NCBI GenBank assembly: GCA_016432285.1
Contig: CP066682.1
Coordinates: 288,933-352,932, forward strand
Reading direction: 5' to 3'
Source of the DNA: Candidatus Kaiserbacteria bacterium
Lineage (GTDB): Bacteria; Patescibacteriota; Minisyncoccia; Phycocordibacterales; UBA2100
DNA: 64,000 bases
In this document: positions 26,342-35,871 of the stretch, piece by piece
Layout: each line of letters opens with the position of its first letter
How positions within the stretch are numbered: position 1 is the first letter of the stretch
Made by a program: the position numbers and the translations under genes
Notes under the pieces: model-generated
Databases searched by the model: none
Seen by the model: the letters and a program-made list of their open reading frames with translations, nothing else
What the model was told of the DNA's origin: nothing

Positions 26342-27022
26342 ATGATCAGGACAAAAAATCTCACGAAGACATTTAAGAACGGCGACGTGGAAACGCGCGT
26401 CTTGAAGGGCATTGATTTTGCCGCCGGGCAGGGAGAGTTTATCGCGATCATGGGCAGAAGCGGCGCCGGGAAGAGCACCTTTTTGTATCAGATTAGCCTC
26501 CTCGACGATCCGACGGGCGGCGAGATCGTGATCGACGGGCATGACACGCACACGATGAGCGCCGAGGAGAAGATGCTCTTCCGGCTCTCGCGCTTCGGAT
26601 TCGTCTTTCAGGACTACGCGCTCCTTCCGGAGCTCACGGCGCTCGAAAACGTAGCGGTGCCGCTTTTGATGCAAGGCAAGACGAAGAAAGACGCGTATGC
26701 TTCCTCCTCGGCAGCGCTCGATCGCGCTGGCCTGGGGCATCGCCTCAACAATCTCCCGAGTCAGCTCTCCGGGGGAGAACAACAGCGCGTGTCGATCGTG
26801 CGCGCCGTCGCGCACAATCCGAAAATCTTGTACGCCGACGAGCCGACCGCCAACCTCGACAACGATTCCTCCGCGAAGATCATGGAGATCTTTAAGGAGC
26901 TGCACGCCAAAGGTCAGACCATCATCATGGTGACGCACGAGGAGCAGTACGCGAAAATGGCGCAGCGCATCGTGCGTCTCGACGACGGAAAAATCGTCTC
27001 CGAGACGAAGGCACTTTCATGA
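26342..27022 (+). CDS. ABC transporter ATP-binding protein (MacB/LolD type)
   Basis: Walker A GRSGAGKST, signature LSGGEQQR, H-loop. Confidence 0.85.
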   Translation: MIRTKNLTKTFKNGDVETRVLKGIDFAAGQGEFIAIMGRSGAGKSTFLYQISLLDDPTGGEIVIDGHDTHTMSAEEKMLFRLSRFGFVFQDYALLPELTALENVAVPLLMQGKTKKDAYASSSAALDRAGLGHRLNNLPSQLSGGEQQRVSIVRAVAHNPKILYADEPTANLDNDSSAKIMEIFKELHAKGQTIIMVTHEEQYAKMAQRIVRLDDGKIVSETKALS

Positions 27023-28308
27023 CGATGGAGGTAGTGCGGCAGTTCGCGGGGGAGACTTTCAGCTCGCTCGCGATTCGCAACTATCGCCTTTACTTTATCG
27101 GCCGCGGCTTCTCGCACGTCGGCGACTGGATGCAGGTGGTGGGCGTGGGGTGGCTCGTACTGGATTTGACCGGCTCCGGCGTGAAGCTCGGAACCGTGCT
27201 CGCTATCTTTTTCCTCCCGCTCCTTCTTGGCGGCCCCTTTCTCGGGATCATCCCGGATCGGTTCGACAAGCGGCGGGTGATGTTTCTCACGCAGTCGATC
27301 ATGGCGGCGCTCGCGCTCCTGCTCTCGGTGCTGGTGTTTTTTGAGCTTGTCCAACTATGGATGCTTTATGCGTTCGCCCTCCTCTACGGGACCGTCAATG
27401 CGATCGACACGCCGACGCGGCAGACCTTTTTACATGAGATGGTGGGGAAGGATCACCTTCGCAATGCCGTCACGCTCATGTCGACCGAAGCGAATCTCGC
27501 GCGCGCCCTCGGCCCGCTCTTCGCGGGTGCCCTCATTGCGGGCTTCGGGATCGCGTTTTGCTTTTTCGTCAACGCGCTCTCGTTTGTGGCGGTGCTCGTC
27601 ATCCTTTCGATGATGCGCGAGGAGGAGATGCATCGCGAGACGCCCTCGAGCGAGCCCATAGACCTGCTTTCCGGTTTTCGGTATGTTCGCTCGGTCCCGC
27701 TCATCCGAGGCGTACTCATTTCCATGGCGGTGATCGGCACGCTCTCGTACGAATTCCAGGTGAGTCTGCCGCTCTTGGCAAAGGGAACGTTCGGCGGGGG
27801 TGCGGCGGATTACGCGGCGCTGCTTTCCGCCATGGGCGCCGGATCGGTGGCAGGCGGACTCTTTGCGGCGAGCCGCCAGCGAGTCGCGCTCCACGAGTTT
27901 TTCCTCTCGATGCTTCTCTTTGGCATCTCGATTCTCGTGACGGCCGTGATGCCGAGCGTGAGCTTGGCAACCGTCGGGATGATTTTCGTGGGTTTCTTTT
28001 CGATCAATCTCACGAGCGTGGGCAACACCATGATCCAGCTCGAAGCGGATAGTTCCCTGCGTGGGCGCGTCATGGCGCTCTGGTCGATGGCGATCTTCGG
28101 CTCCACGCTGATCGGCGCTCCGATCATCGGATTCCTGGGAGAATTTGCGAATCCCCGCATCGCGCTTGCCGTAAGTGGCGCGGCTGCCCTCTTGACCGCG
28201 CTCTTTGGCGGCTGGAGGCTTTTGAAACTCGACCGGCTGCTTCCCATTCCCGCTTTCATAAAGATTCGCCGCGAGGAAGAGGAGGCGATCGCGCAAACGA
28301 AGGTGTAG
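27019..28308 (+). CDS. MFS transporter
   Basis: 429 aa, 12 TM. Confidence 0.8.
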   Translation: MTMEVVRQFAGETFSSLAIRNYRLYFIGRGFSHVGDWMQVVGVGWLVLDLTGSGVKLGTVLAIFFLPLLLGGPFLGIIPDRFDKRRVMFLTQSIMAALALLLSVLVFFELVQLWMLYAFALLYGTVNAIDTPTRQTFLHEMVGKDHLRNAVTLMSTEANLARALGPLFAGALIAGFGIAFCFFVNALSFVAVLVILSMMREEEMHRETPSSEPIDLLSGFRYVRSVPLIRGVLISMAVIGTLSYEFQVSLPLLAKGTFGGGAADYAALLSAMGAGSVAGGLFAASRQRVALHEFFLSMLLFGISILVTAVMPSVSLATVGMIFVGFFSINLTSVGNTMIQLEADSSLRGRVMALWSMAIFGSTLIGAPIIGFLGEFANPRIALAVSGAAALLTALFGGWRLLKLDRLLPIPAFIKIRREEEEAIAQTKV

Positions 28309-28363
28309 CGGCGCATTTCGCAGAGGGGGCGACTGTAGTATGGTAGAGAAGCCCCGATTTCTC

Positions 28364-28388
28364 GTAACAAAATCCTTCTCGTAGCGTC
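28364..28388 (+). promoter_or_regulatory. ECF-type promoter GTAAC-N16-CGTC
   Basis: The -10 CGTC ends 5 nt before the sigma-factor ATG, which implies a leaderless, autoregulated transcript. Confidence 0.4.
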
Positions 28389-28392
28389 ATCT

Positions 28393-28917
28393 ATGGCAGA
28401 CCTCACAGAGACATTTCGTGAAGCCTTTGAGCGGCATGCGGACGAGCTTTTCAGGCACGCCAGCTTGCGGCTCTCCGATCGCGACCGGGCGCTCGAGCTC
28501 ACGCAGGAATGCTTCCTGCGCGCGTGGCAGTACGCCGGTCGGGGAGAGGAGATTCGCGAGATGCGGCCGTTTCTCTTTCGTACGCTGCGGCACCTCATCA
28601 TCGACGAGTACCGCAAGTCGAAGTCCTTCTCGCTCGATTCGATGATGGAGGATGACGACGGCGGTCAGATCGAGCGTATGCTCCCGCGCGACGACACGAA
28701 CACGCTCGAAGCGGCCATGGACCGGTTCGACGGCAAACACGCGATTGCGGCGATACAGGAGCTCCCAGATCTGTATCGCGAAGCGCTCACGATGCGATAC
28801 GTCGACAACCTCTCTCTGAAGGAGATTGCGGAGATCGTGCGCGAGAGCGAGAATGTCGTCTCCGTGAGGCTCCACCGAGGCCTGAAGAAGCTGCACGCTC
28901 TCTTGGAGGCCGAATAA
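28393..28917 (+). CDS. RNA polymerase ECF sigma factor (sigma-70 family)
   Basis: Region 2 (FLRAWQY) and region 4 (LSLKEIAEIV) motifs. Confidence 0.8.
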   Translation: MADLTETFREAFERHADELFRHASLRLSDRDRALELTQECFLRAWQYAGRGEEIREMRPFLFRTLRHLIIDEYRKSKSFSLDSMMEDDDGGQIERMLPRDDTNTLEAAMDRFDGKHAIAAIQELPDLYREALTMRYVDNLSLKEIAEIVRESENVVSVRLHRGLKKLHALLEAE

Positions 28918-28918
28918 T

Positions 28919-30010
28919 ATGAATACCTTTTTCCCACAACTAAAAAACGAAGCCAATAAAATCCGCCTTTCGGAGGGTGAGAAGAATTTTATGCGCTTCA
29001 AACTCGAAGAGGCGATGCGCGCTCCCGTACCGAGTCCGTACTTCTCGTTTGCCGCGCCGCGGACGCTCGTGCCCGCGCTCGTACTCGTACTCGTCGTGAT
29101 CGGCGGCGGCATGACCTATGCGGCCGAAGGTGCGCTCCCGGGGGATCTCCTCTACCCGGTAAAGATCGGTTTCAACGAATCGGTCCGCAGCGCTCTTGCC
29201 TTCTCGGACGAATCCAAGGTAGCGGTGCATAGCGTGTTTGCGGAGCGACGACTTGAGGAGGCGACCGCGCTGGCGGTTTCCGGCCGGCTCTCGGGGGCAG
29301 CCCAGAAGGCGCTTGAGGCGAATTTCGACGCGCACGCCGAGGTGATAACGACGATCGTCGCCGAAGTGGAAGCCACCGACCCCATCGCGGCTGCTGACCT
29401 CTCTGCGCGCTTCGACTCGAAGATCGCAGCCAAGGGCGCGGTCATCGCCTCGATCGGCGCTGGAAGCAAAGATACGACGACGAAAGAAACCTCCGGCGCG
29501 ATCGCCGCCAATATCTCACGGTTCACGGGCAGGATCGCCCGCGCTGATGCGCCGATCACGATGCAGATGAGCGCCGAAGGTGCGGCAGATTCCGCAGAAG
29601 TCTCGGCTCGCTCGTTTGCGAAAGCGACGCTCGCGCCGCTTCCCGTTGAAACGGATACGGACACCGCAATTGCCGCGAAGATCGGCGAAAACGTCCTCGA
29701 TCTCTTGGCAGAAGTCGACGTGCGCCTCAATGCGCTCTCGGAATCCCTCGGCGCGACGACGACCGCGCGCATACAAAAGCAAATCTTCTTCATCCGCGAA
29801 TTTATCGAGCGGACGCAAGAGCACGAAGGGGACTCGGCGACGGCGCGCCGCAATATCGAACAGGCGCTCCGCGACGTGGCGAAGCTCGAGGCTTTCCTCG
29901 AGGCGCAGGAGAAATTCCACACCAAGATCCTCCCGACCTCGCTCGAAACAGACGTGGAGGGGGCCGTTCTCATTGAAGGAGGCGCAGACACTCGCACTCT
30001 GCCGCTCTAA
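28919..30010 (+). CDS. putative anti-sigma factor / membrane-anchored Ala-rich protein
   Basis: 2-nt gap after the sigma gene. N-terminal cytoplasmic segment, TM, then an Ala-rich extracytoplasmic domain. Confidence 0.5.
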   Translation: MNTFFPQLKNEANKIRLSEGEKNFMRFKLEEAMRAPVPSPYFSFAAPRTLVPALVLVLVVIGGGMTYAAEGALPGDLLYPVKIGFNESVRSALAFSDESKVAVHSVFAERRLEEATALAVSGRLSGAAQKALEANFDAHAEVITTIVAEVEATDPIAAADLSARFDSKIAAKGAVIASIGAGSKDTTTKETSGAIAANISRFTGRIARADAPITMQMSAEGAADSAEVSARSFAKATLAPLPVETDTDTAIAAKIGENVLDLLAEVDVRLNALSESLGATTTARIQKQIFFIREFIERTQEHEGDSATARRNIEQALRDVAKLEAFLEAQEKFHTKILPTSLETDVEGAVLIEGGADTRTLPL

Positions 30011-30187
30011 AACCCGCACTTCCAGCAGGGCGAATGCTGTCCCAAGACGGCAAATTGGCGTCTTTTCGACGGGGAAGAATACTTGACAGAACCCCCCGCA
30101 ATAATGCATATTGCGGGCATTATTGATAGAAAAAAGGCGCAAAATACGGCTAAAATCCTTGTTTTGCGCCCCAAAATATCCATTACT

Positions 30188-31885
30188 ATGAAGAAAATCG
30201 CCTCCGCCTTGGCCCTCTCCGCACTCTTCGTCGCGGGTGCCGTCAGTGCACAGACCTACACCTATTCGTATCCCGCAGGCAGCTGCACAACGCTCTCATC
30301 CGACCTCTCGGACGGGTCGCGCGGCACCGAGGTGCGCTCGCTTCAGAGCTTCCTCGTCACACAGAATTATCCGGGCGGCGGTAGTTGGATGATGACGGGC
30401 TATTTCGGGCAGGCGACCGCGGCCGCGCTCCGGCTCTTCCAGCAGTCGGCGGGGTTGCCGCAAAGCGGCATGCTCGATGCGGCAACGCGTGCGTCTATCC
30501 AATCGCGTTCGTGCGGTTATGCTCCGACGAACACGAACACGAATTTTAATTTCAACTCCTACACCTACCCGAACACCTACACCGCACCCTCCTCGAACTA
30601 CAATTACAACTACACGTATCCCTACTCGACGCCGTACGCATACAACGTCGTCAATCTCACGTCGCTCTCTCAAAACACCGGCACTCCCGGATCCTCCGTC
30701 ACGATCTACGGCACCGGCTTCGACAGCGTGAGCAACACCGTGTATCTCGGATCGAGTGTGATCGGGAGCGTTGGTTCCAGCAACGGCACCTCGCTCACTG
30801 TTTCAATCCCGCCGTACTTCGGCCTCGGCTCGACGTACCTCAAGGTCTCAAACGCGCGCGGCACCTCGAATACGCTCAGCTTCTCGATCGTCGCTTCTCC
30901 GTACGCGTGCAATTCGATCTACGGCTACGGATCTTCCGGCTGCAACGCATCGTGCCCGATCGGCGTCGTGTGCGACGGCCACGCCGGCGCTCCCTACATC
31001 GCGTCGATGGTGCCGACTTCAGGCTCGACCAACAGCACGGTAACGCTCATGGGCTCGGGCTTCACGGCGAATGGCAACACCGTGCACTTTGGGAACGGTA
31101 TCATCACCAATCTCAACTCCGTCGACGGTCGCGGCCTCTCGTTCACGATTCCGACGACGCTCACCGGATACGGTTCGCAGCAGGTCAACCTCGGAAGCTA
31201 CCCGGTCTACGTAACCAACAGCCGCGGAGAAAACAGCAACACGGTTACCTACTCGATCACCTCCACGGCAGGCTCGACCGGCACGCCGATCCTCGGATCG
31301 GTACAGGGTCCTTCGACGCTCGGCCTCGGCGCGCAGGGCACGTGGACGCTCTCGGTGAATGCGCCGACCGGCTCCTTCCTCACAACGACGATCCGGTGGG
31401 GCGATGAGGGCACCTACGGCACGCAGGCGCAGCCGCAGACAATCGCGCTCTCCGGCGCACAGACGCTCTCGTTCTCGCACACCTACTACACGGCGGGCAC
31501 GTACACGATCACCTTCACCTTCAGCGGCGCGGGCGGCACCAACGCGACAACGGCGACGGTCACGGTGGGGAGCGGCACCAACGTCCTGACGCTCACTTCG
31601 CTCACGCCTTCTTCCGGCCCGGTCGGCACACCGGTTACTCTCACCGGCACCGGCTTTACCGGCGACAACACGATTCACTTCGGCACCGGCGGCGTGCAGC
31701 ACGTCACCTCGGCGAGCAACACGTACCTTTCGCTCACGATTCCGGCGTACATCTCGCCATGCGATCTTCTCAATCCGGGTTACGCGTGCGGGGCGCCGCT
31801 TCAGAGTGTGGTTCCGGGCACGTATCCGGTCTACGTGACGAACAGCAACGGAGCGACCAACATTCTCTACTTCAACGTCCAATAA
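30188..31885 (+). CDS. secreted protein with peptidoglycan-binding domain, Tyr/Asn-rich linker and repeated IPT/TIG-like domains
   Basis: Signal peptide, PG_binding_1-like region, low-complexity NYNYNYTYPY stretch, then at least 4 repeats of LTSL..G.PG..VT..G.GF. Confidence 0.65.
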   Translation: MKKIASALALSALFVAGAVSAQTYTYSYPAGSCTTLSSDLSDGSRGTEVRSLQSFLVTQNYPGGGSWMMTGYFGQATAAALRLFQQSAGLPQSGMLDAATRASIQSRSCGYAPTNTNTNFNFNSYTYPNTYTAPSSNYNYNYTYPYSTPYAYNVVNLTSLSQNTGTPGSSVTIYGTGFDSVSNTVYLGSSVIGSVGSSNGTSLTVSIPPYFGLGSTYLKVSNARGTSNTLSFSIVASPYACNSIYGYGSSGCNASCPIGVVCDGHAGAPYIASMVPTSGSTNSTVTLMGSGFTANGNTVHFGNGIITNLNSVDGRGLSFTIPTTLTGYGSQQVNLGSYPVYVTNSRGENSNTVTYSITSTAGSTGTPILGSVQGPSTLGLGAQGTWTLSVNAPTGSFLTTTIRWGDEGTYGTQAQPQTIALSGAQTLSFSHTYYTAGTYTITFTFSGAGGTNATTATVTVGSGTNVLTLTSLTPSSGPVGTPVTLTGTGFTGDNTIHFGTGGVQHVTSASNTYLSLTIPAYISPCDLLNPGYACGAPLQSVVPGTYPVYVTNSNGATNILYFNVQ

Positions 31886-31906
31886 AAACCGGACGTGGAA
31901 AGCACC

Positions 31907-31933
31907 AAAAGCGCCCGAAAGGGCGCTTTTGTC
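31907..31933 (+). terminator. bidirectional rho-independent terminator
   Basis: AAAAGCGCCC-GAAA-GGGCGCTTTTGTC. Confidence 0.7.
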
Positions 31934-32007
31934 TTGACGCGGGGCAACGCGCGGAAGCCACAGCCACGGTGAGCGTGTACTAAGGCACTCTTTGGTACTA
32001 TGCCGGG

Positions 32008-32646
32008 ATGCCAAGCCCCCGGTACGTTCTCTTTGATTTCGACGGTGTGATCGCCGATTCGTACGACGTTGCGCTCTCCACCGCGCGTATGATGTGTGAG
32101 CGCATCACGGATTCGCAGTACCGCTCAGCCTTCGAGGGCAACGTGTATGAGCGGATGATCGACGTCTTCGCCGACTCCCACGGACCGGAGTGCAAACACG
32201 ATCTCGATTGGTTTAGCGTTTTTGTGCCGGCCTTCGAGGAGAAGGCAACGCTCTTTTCCGGCATGCGGGAGGTGATCGAGGCGCTCCACACAGACTACCG
32301 TTTGATTATCGTCTCATCGACGCTCACGAGCCCGATCCAGGGATTCATGGAAAAACACGGGCTCGGACGATATTTCTCGGAAATGCTCGGCGCAGACGTG
32401 CACACGAGCAAGCACAAAAAGATCGAAATGGTTTTTGAAAAATACAAAACGACGGCGGACCGGTGCGTCTTCGTCACCGACACGCTCGGAGATATGAAAG
32501 AGGCGAAGCTCGCCGGAGTCGGTTCCGTCGGAGTCTCTTGGGGCTTCCACTCGAAAGAAACGCTCGAAAAGGGCAAGCCTTTTCGGATTGTCGAGGCGCC
32601 AGCCGAGATACCGACCGCGATCGGCGATTTTTATGCCCGTGCTTGA
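32008..32646 (+). CDS. HAD-superfamily hydrolase
   Basis: Motif I FDFDGV, motif IV near GDMKEAKLAG. Confidence 0.7.
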   Translation: MPSPRYVLFDFDGVIADSYDVALSTARMMCERITDSQYRSAFEGNVYERMIDVFADSHGPECKHDLDWFSVFVPAFEEKATLFSGMREVIEALHTDYRLIIVSSTLTSPIQGFMEKHGLGRYFSEMLGADVHTSKHKKIEMVFEKYKTTADRCVFVTDTLGDMKEAKLAGVGSVGVSWGFHSKETLEKGKPFRIVEAPAEIPTAIGDFYARA

Positions 32647-33370
32647 AATACGCAATTTGCGAAAAGCCTACCGCGACACGATTGCGGTCGATGATATTTC
32701 ATTCACCGTACAAAAAGGGGAGATCGTCGGCCTCCTTGGCCCCAACGGCGCCGGGAAGACGACCACCATCAACATGGTGCTCGGCGTTTTGGAGCCAAGC
32801 GGCGGGAGCGTCAAAATCGACGGGATCGACATCGCGGAAAGTCGGAGCGCGGCGATCACGCGGACCAACTTCTCGGCCGTGTATGCGCACCTCCCCGGTA
32901 ATCTCACCGTGCTCCAGAATCTCCGGATCTTTTCGCTTCTCTACGATGTGCCGCATCCGCAGGATCGGATTGAGGAGGTGATCGAAGAATACGATCTCGA
33001 AAAATTTCGGCACACGAAAGCAGGACTCCTCTCCTCCGGAGAGCAGACACGCCTCGGCCTCGCCAAGGCGATGCTCAACAATCCTGCGCTTTTGCTCCTC
33101 GACGAGCCCACCGCATCGCTCGATCCGTCGACCGCGCGGATCGTGCGCGAGCGCATACAAGCGCTTTCGGCAAAAAAAGAGAGCGGCGTCTTGTGGACCT
33201 CGCACAACATGCAGGAGGTCGAAGCTGTGTGCGACCGCGTACTCTTCCTCTCGCACGGCAAGATCCTGCTTTCGGGAGATCCGCGCGTGCTGCCGCAGCA
33301 GCACGGGAAGGCAAATCTCGAAGAGCTCTTCATCACCGTGGCGCGCGAGCCGCTCTCACTCGAACTATGA
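32633..33370 (+). CDS. ABC transporter ATP-binding protein (ABC-2 type)
   Basis: Walker A GPNGAGKTT, signature LSSGEQTR. Confidence 0.85.
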   Translation: MPVLEIRNLRKAYRDTIAVDDISFTVQKGEIVGLLGPNGAGKTTTINMVLGVLEPSGGSVKIDGIDIAESRSAAITRTNFSAVYAHLPGNLTVLQNLRIFSLLYDVPHPQDRIEEVIEEYDLEKFRHTKAGLLSSGEQTRLGLAKAMLNNPALLLLDEPTASLDPSTARIVRERIQALSAKKESGVLWTSHNMQEVEAVCDRVLFLSHGKILLSGDPRVLPQQHGKANLEELFITVAREPLSLEL

Positions 33371-34167
33371 ACCTTCGCCACTCATACGCCGTTTTCTTGC
33401 GGTACATGACGCTGCTCTTCGGGAGCCCGCAGCGGCTCTTCCAGATATTTATTTGGGGTGCGCTCGACGTCGTGCTTTGGGGCTTCCTCACGAAGTACCT
33501 CACCGAAATCGGCGGAGCGGGCTTCGGGATCGTGCCGACGCTCCTCGGCGCCGTGATTCTCCTTGATTTTGCCGCGCGTGCGCACCAGGGTACCTCCACG
33601 CCGGCCTTGGAAGACATCTGGTCCAACAACCTGCTCAACTACTTCGCCTCGCCGCTTTCGGTGGGCGAGTACGTGGTGGGGCTCGTCGGCTCCTCAATCG
33701 TTACGTCGACGTTCTCTGCCATCGTCATGGTGGCGATCGCGTATCTTGTATTCGGCTTTTCGTTCGCCGCTGTCGGTCCAAGCCTCCTCCTCTTCCTCAT
33801 CACGCTCTTCTTTTTCGGCATATCGCTCGGCGTCTTCGGCGCGTCGATCGTGCTTCGCTTTGGCCCGTCGGGAGAGTGGTGGGTGTGGCCCATGACGGCG
33901 CTCCTTTCGCCGCTCATGGGTGTGTTCTATCCGATCTCCGTGCTGCCGCAGTGGATGCAATTCTTCTCGGCTCTGCTGCCGCCCACGTACGTCTTCGAAG
34001 GATTGCGCGCGATCCTGCTCCAAGGTTCCACGGATTCGCGGGGACTCATCATCGGTCTTATCCTGAGTGTCGTGTACATCCTGGTGGCGCAGTTCGTCTT
34101 CGTGCGTGTCTACCGGGCGGTGGTTCGCAACGGCCTTTTGGCCCGCTACAGCGCGGAAAGTCTCTGA
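33367..34167 (+). CDS. ABC-2 family transporter permease
   Basis: ATGA overlap with the ATPase gene. 6 TM. Confidence 0.7.
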   Translation: MNLRHSYAVFLRYMTLLFGSPQRLFQIFIWGALDVVLWGFLTKYLTEIGGAGFGIVPTLLGAVILLDFAARAHQGTSTPALEDIWSNNLLNYFASPLSVGEYVVGLVGSSIVTSTFSAIVMVAIAYLVFGFSFAAVGPSLLLFLITLFFFGISLGVFGASIVLRFGPSGEWWVWPMTALLSPLMGVFYPISVLPQWMQFFSALLPPTYVFEGLRAILLQGSTDSRGLIIGLILSVVYILVAQFVFVRVYRAVVRNGLLARYSAESL

Positions 34168-34236
34168 TCCGTGTTCCTTCTTCATAGAATCTTTGCCGCG
34201 CGGAAAGAATTGTTATAGTGAAGCGTCTCAGTATCT

Positions 34237-35730
34237 ATGAAGCGACTGCCTTTTTTTGTAGTGGCGATTTTTTTGTGTATCCCTTTGGCGGCCTCTGCTG
34301 CGACACTTTCGAGGCCTTTTGAAGTTTCCGGATGGATTCCGTACTGGCGAACCGCGACGGGCACTGCGGACGTGCTCCCGCGCCTCAATCTCCTCACCGA
34401 GGTCAACCCCTTCGTCTATACGCTCAAATCCGACGGCACGCTGCTCGACAACGGCTCACTCGATCAAGAGCCATGGCTCACCCTGCGAGCGCAGGCAAAG
34501 GCGCAGGGCGTCCGGTTCGTTCCGACGGTCATGACAGGCAACGGCGACCTGCTCCATGATCTTTTGAGCAACCAGGCGAAGCGTATCGCGCTCGAAGACC
34601 GAATCGCGGCGCTTGTGAAAGAGCAGGGCTTCGACGGCATCGATATCGATTTCGAAGGAAAGAAGGCGGCCGACAAAGATTACTTCTCGACCTTCCTCAA
34701 GGGCCTCTACCAGCGGATGGGCGATAAGTGGGTGATGTGCACGATCGAGTCCCGCACGCCGCAGGCCGACCGGTACTACGGCACCACGCCGCCGGCGGAC
34801 GCGGGCCTCTTCGCCAACGACCTCCGGGAGGTCAATAAATACTGCGACCGCGTGCGCATCATGGCCTACGACCAGCAGGGGATCGATCTGAAACTCCTTG
34901 CCGACGCAGAAGCGAAGGGGCAGCTCTATGCGCCGGTGGGGGATCCGGCCTGGGTGGAGAAGGTGGTCAATCTCATGGCGCAGGACATCGCGCGCAACAA
35001 GATCATGATCGGCGTGCCGACGTACGGCTACGAGTACGACGTAACCGCGTACGCGAACAACGAGTACGTCTATGACATCCTCTGGACCTTCAATCCCGGC
35101 TACGCGGGGCCGATTGCGGCGCAGTACGGCATTACGCCCGAGCGTGCTTCGTGGGGCGAGATGTACTTTACGTACCTCAATGCGGCGACCTCGACGCCAC
35201 CCGTTTCGAGCATCGGTGCCTCGCAGGTGGCAGCCGCCGCAAGCGCGTTTTCGACCTCTGGCAACACAAATTCGCGCTTCCGCTTAATGGTCTGGCCCGA
35301 CGCGCAGTCTGTCGCCGATCGGATCGCGCTCGCGAAAAAGCTCGGCGTGCGCGGCGTTTCCGTTTTCAAGTTCGACGGCGGGCAAGACCCGAACATCTGG
35401 AACACTATCGCATCGAGCGCGCAGTCCGCGCCGCCGGCGAGCGCGGGAGCGCCAAGCGGTGCCGCACTTTCGCGCACCCTGACGCTCGGCTCCGTGGGGA
35501 GCGACGTGCGTACGCTCCAGCGCATACTCAATTCGGATTCGAGCACGCAAATCGTCGCGAGCGGCCCGGGCGCTCCCGGCAGCGAAACGGATCGCTTCGG
35601 CGCGATGACGCTGCGGGCCGTGCAGAAATTCCAAGTGAAGTACGGTATCGCGCGAGCGGGGAGCACCGGTTACGGTGTGGTGGGGCCCGCCACGCGCGCG
35701 AAACTCAATTCGCTGCTCGCATCCCTCTGA
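34237..35730 (+). CDS. glycoside hydrolase family 18 protein with C-terminal peptidoglycan-binding domain
   Basis: Signal peptide. DGIDIDFEG matches the DxxDxDxE catalytic motif. C-terminal PG_binding_1 (LQRILN...GPATRAKL). Confidence 0.75.
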   Translation: MKRLPFFVVAIFLCIPLAASAATLSRPFEVSGWIPYWRTATGTADVLPRLNLLTEVNPFVYTLKSDGTLLDNGSLDQEPWLTLRAQAKAQGVRFVPTVMTGNGDLLHDLLSNQAKRIALEDRIAALVKEQGFDGIDIDFEGKKAADKDYFSTFLKGLYQRMGDKWVMCTIESRTPQADRYYGTTPPADAGLFANDLREVNKYCDRVRIMAYDQQGIDLKLLADAEAKGQLYAPVGDPAWVEKVVNLMAQDIARNKIMIGVPTYGYEYDVTAYANNEYVYDILWTFNPGYAGPIAAQYGITPERASWGEMYFTYLNAATSTPPVSSIGASQVAAAASAFSTSGNTNSRFRLMVWPDAQSVADRIALAKKLGVRGVSVFKFDGGQDPNIWNTIASSAQSAPPASAGAPSGAALSRTLTLGSVGSDVRTLQRILNSDSSTQIVASGPGAPGSETDRFGAMTLRAVQKFQVKYGIARAGSTGYGVVGPATRAKLNSLLASL

Positions 35731-35761
35731 CGACCCTCGATATTCTTTTTTCATTTTCTCG

Positions 35762-35799
35762 TGATACTTAATTGGTCCGGTCGGACCAATTAAGTATCA
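35762..35799. promoter_or_regulatory. 17-bp perfect inverted repeat TGATACTTAATTGGTCC-ggtc-GGACCAATTAAGTATCA
   Basis: Lies between GH18 and typA. It is not followed by a T-run, so it looks like an operator rather than a terminator. Confidence 0.45.
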
Positions 35800-35871
35800 G
35801 TGGGGAGATGAGTGGCAAAAGCCCCGAAAGAAGGCTATAGTGCGCGGACAGCCTGCGGGCTTTTTTCATTT

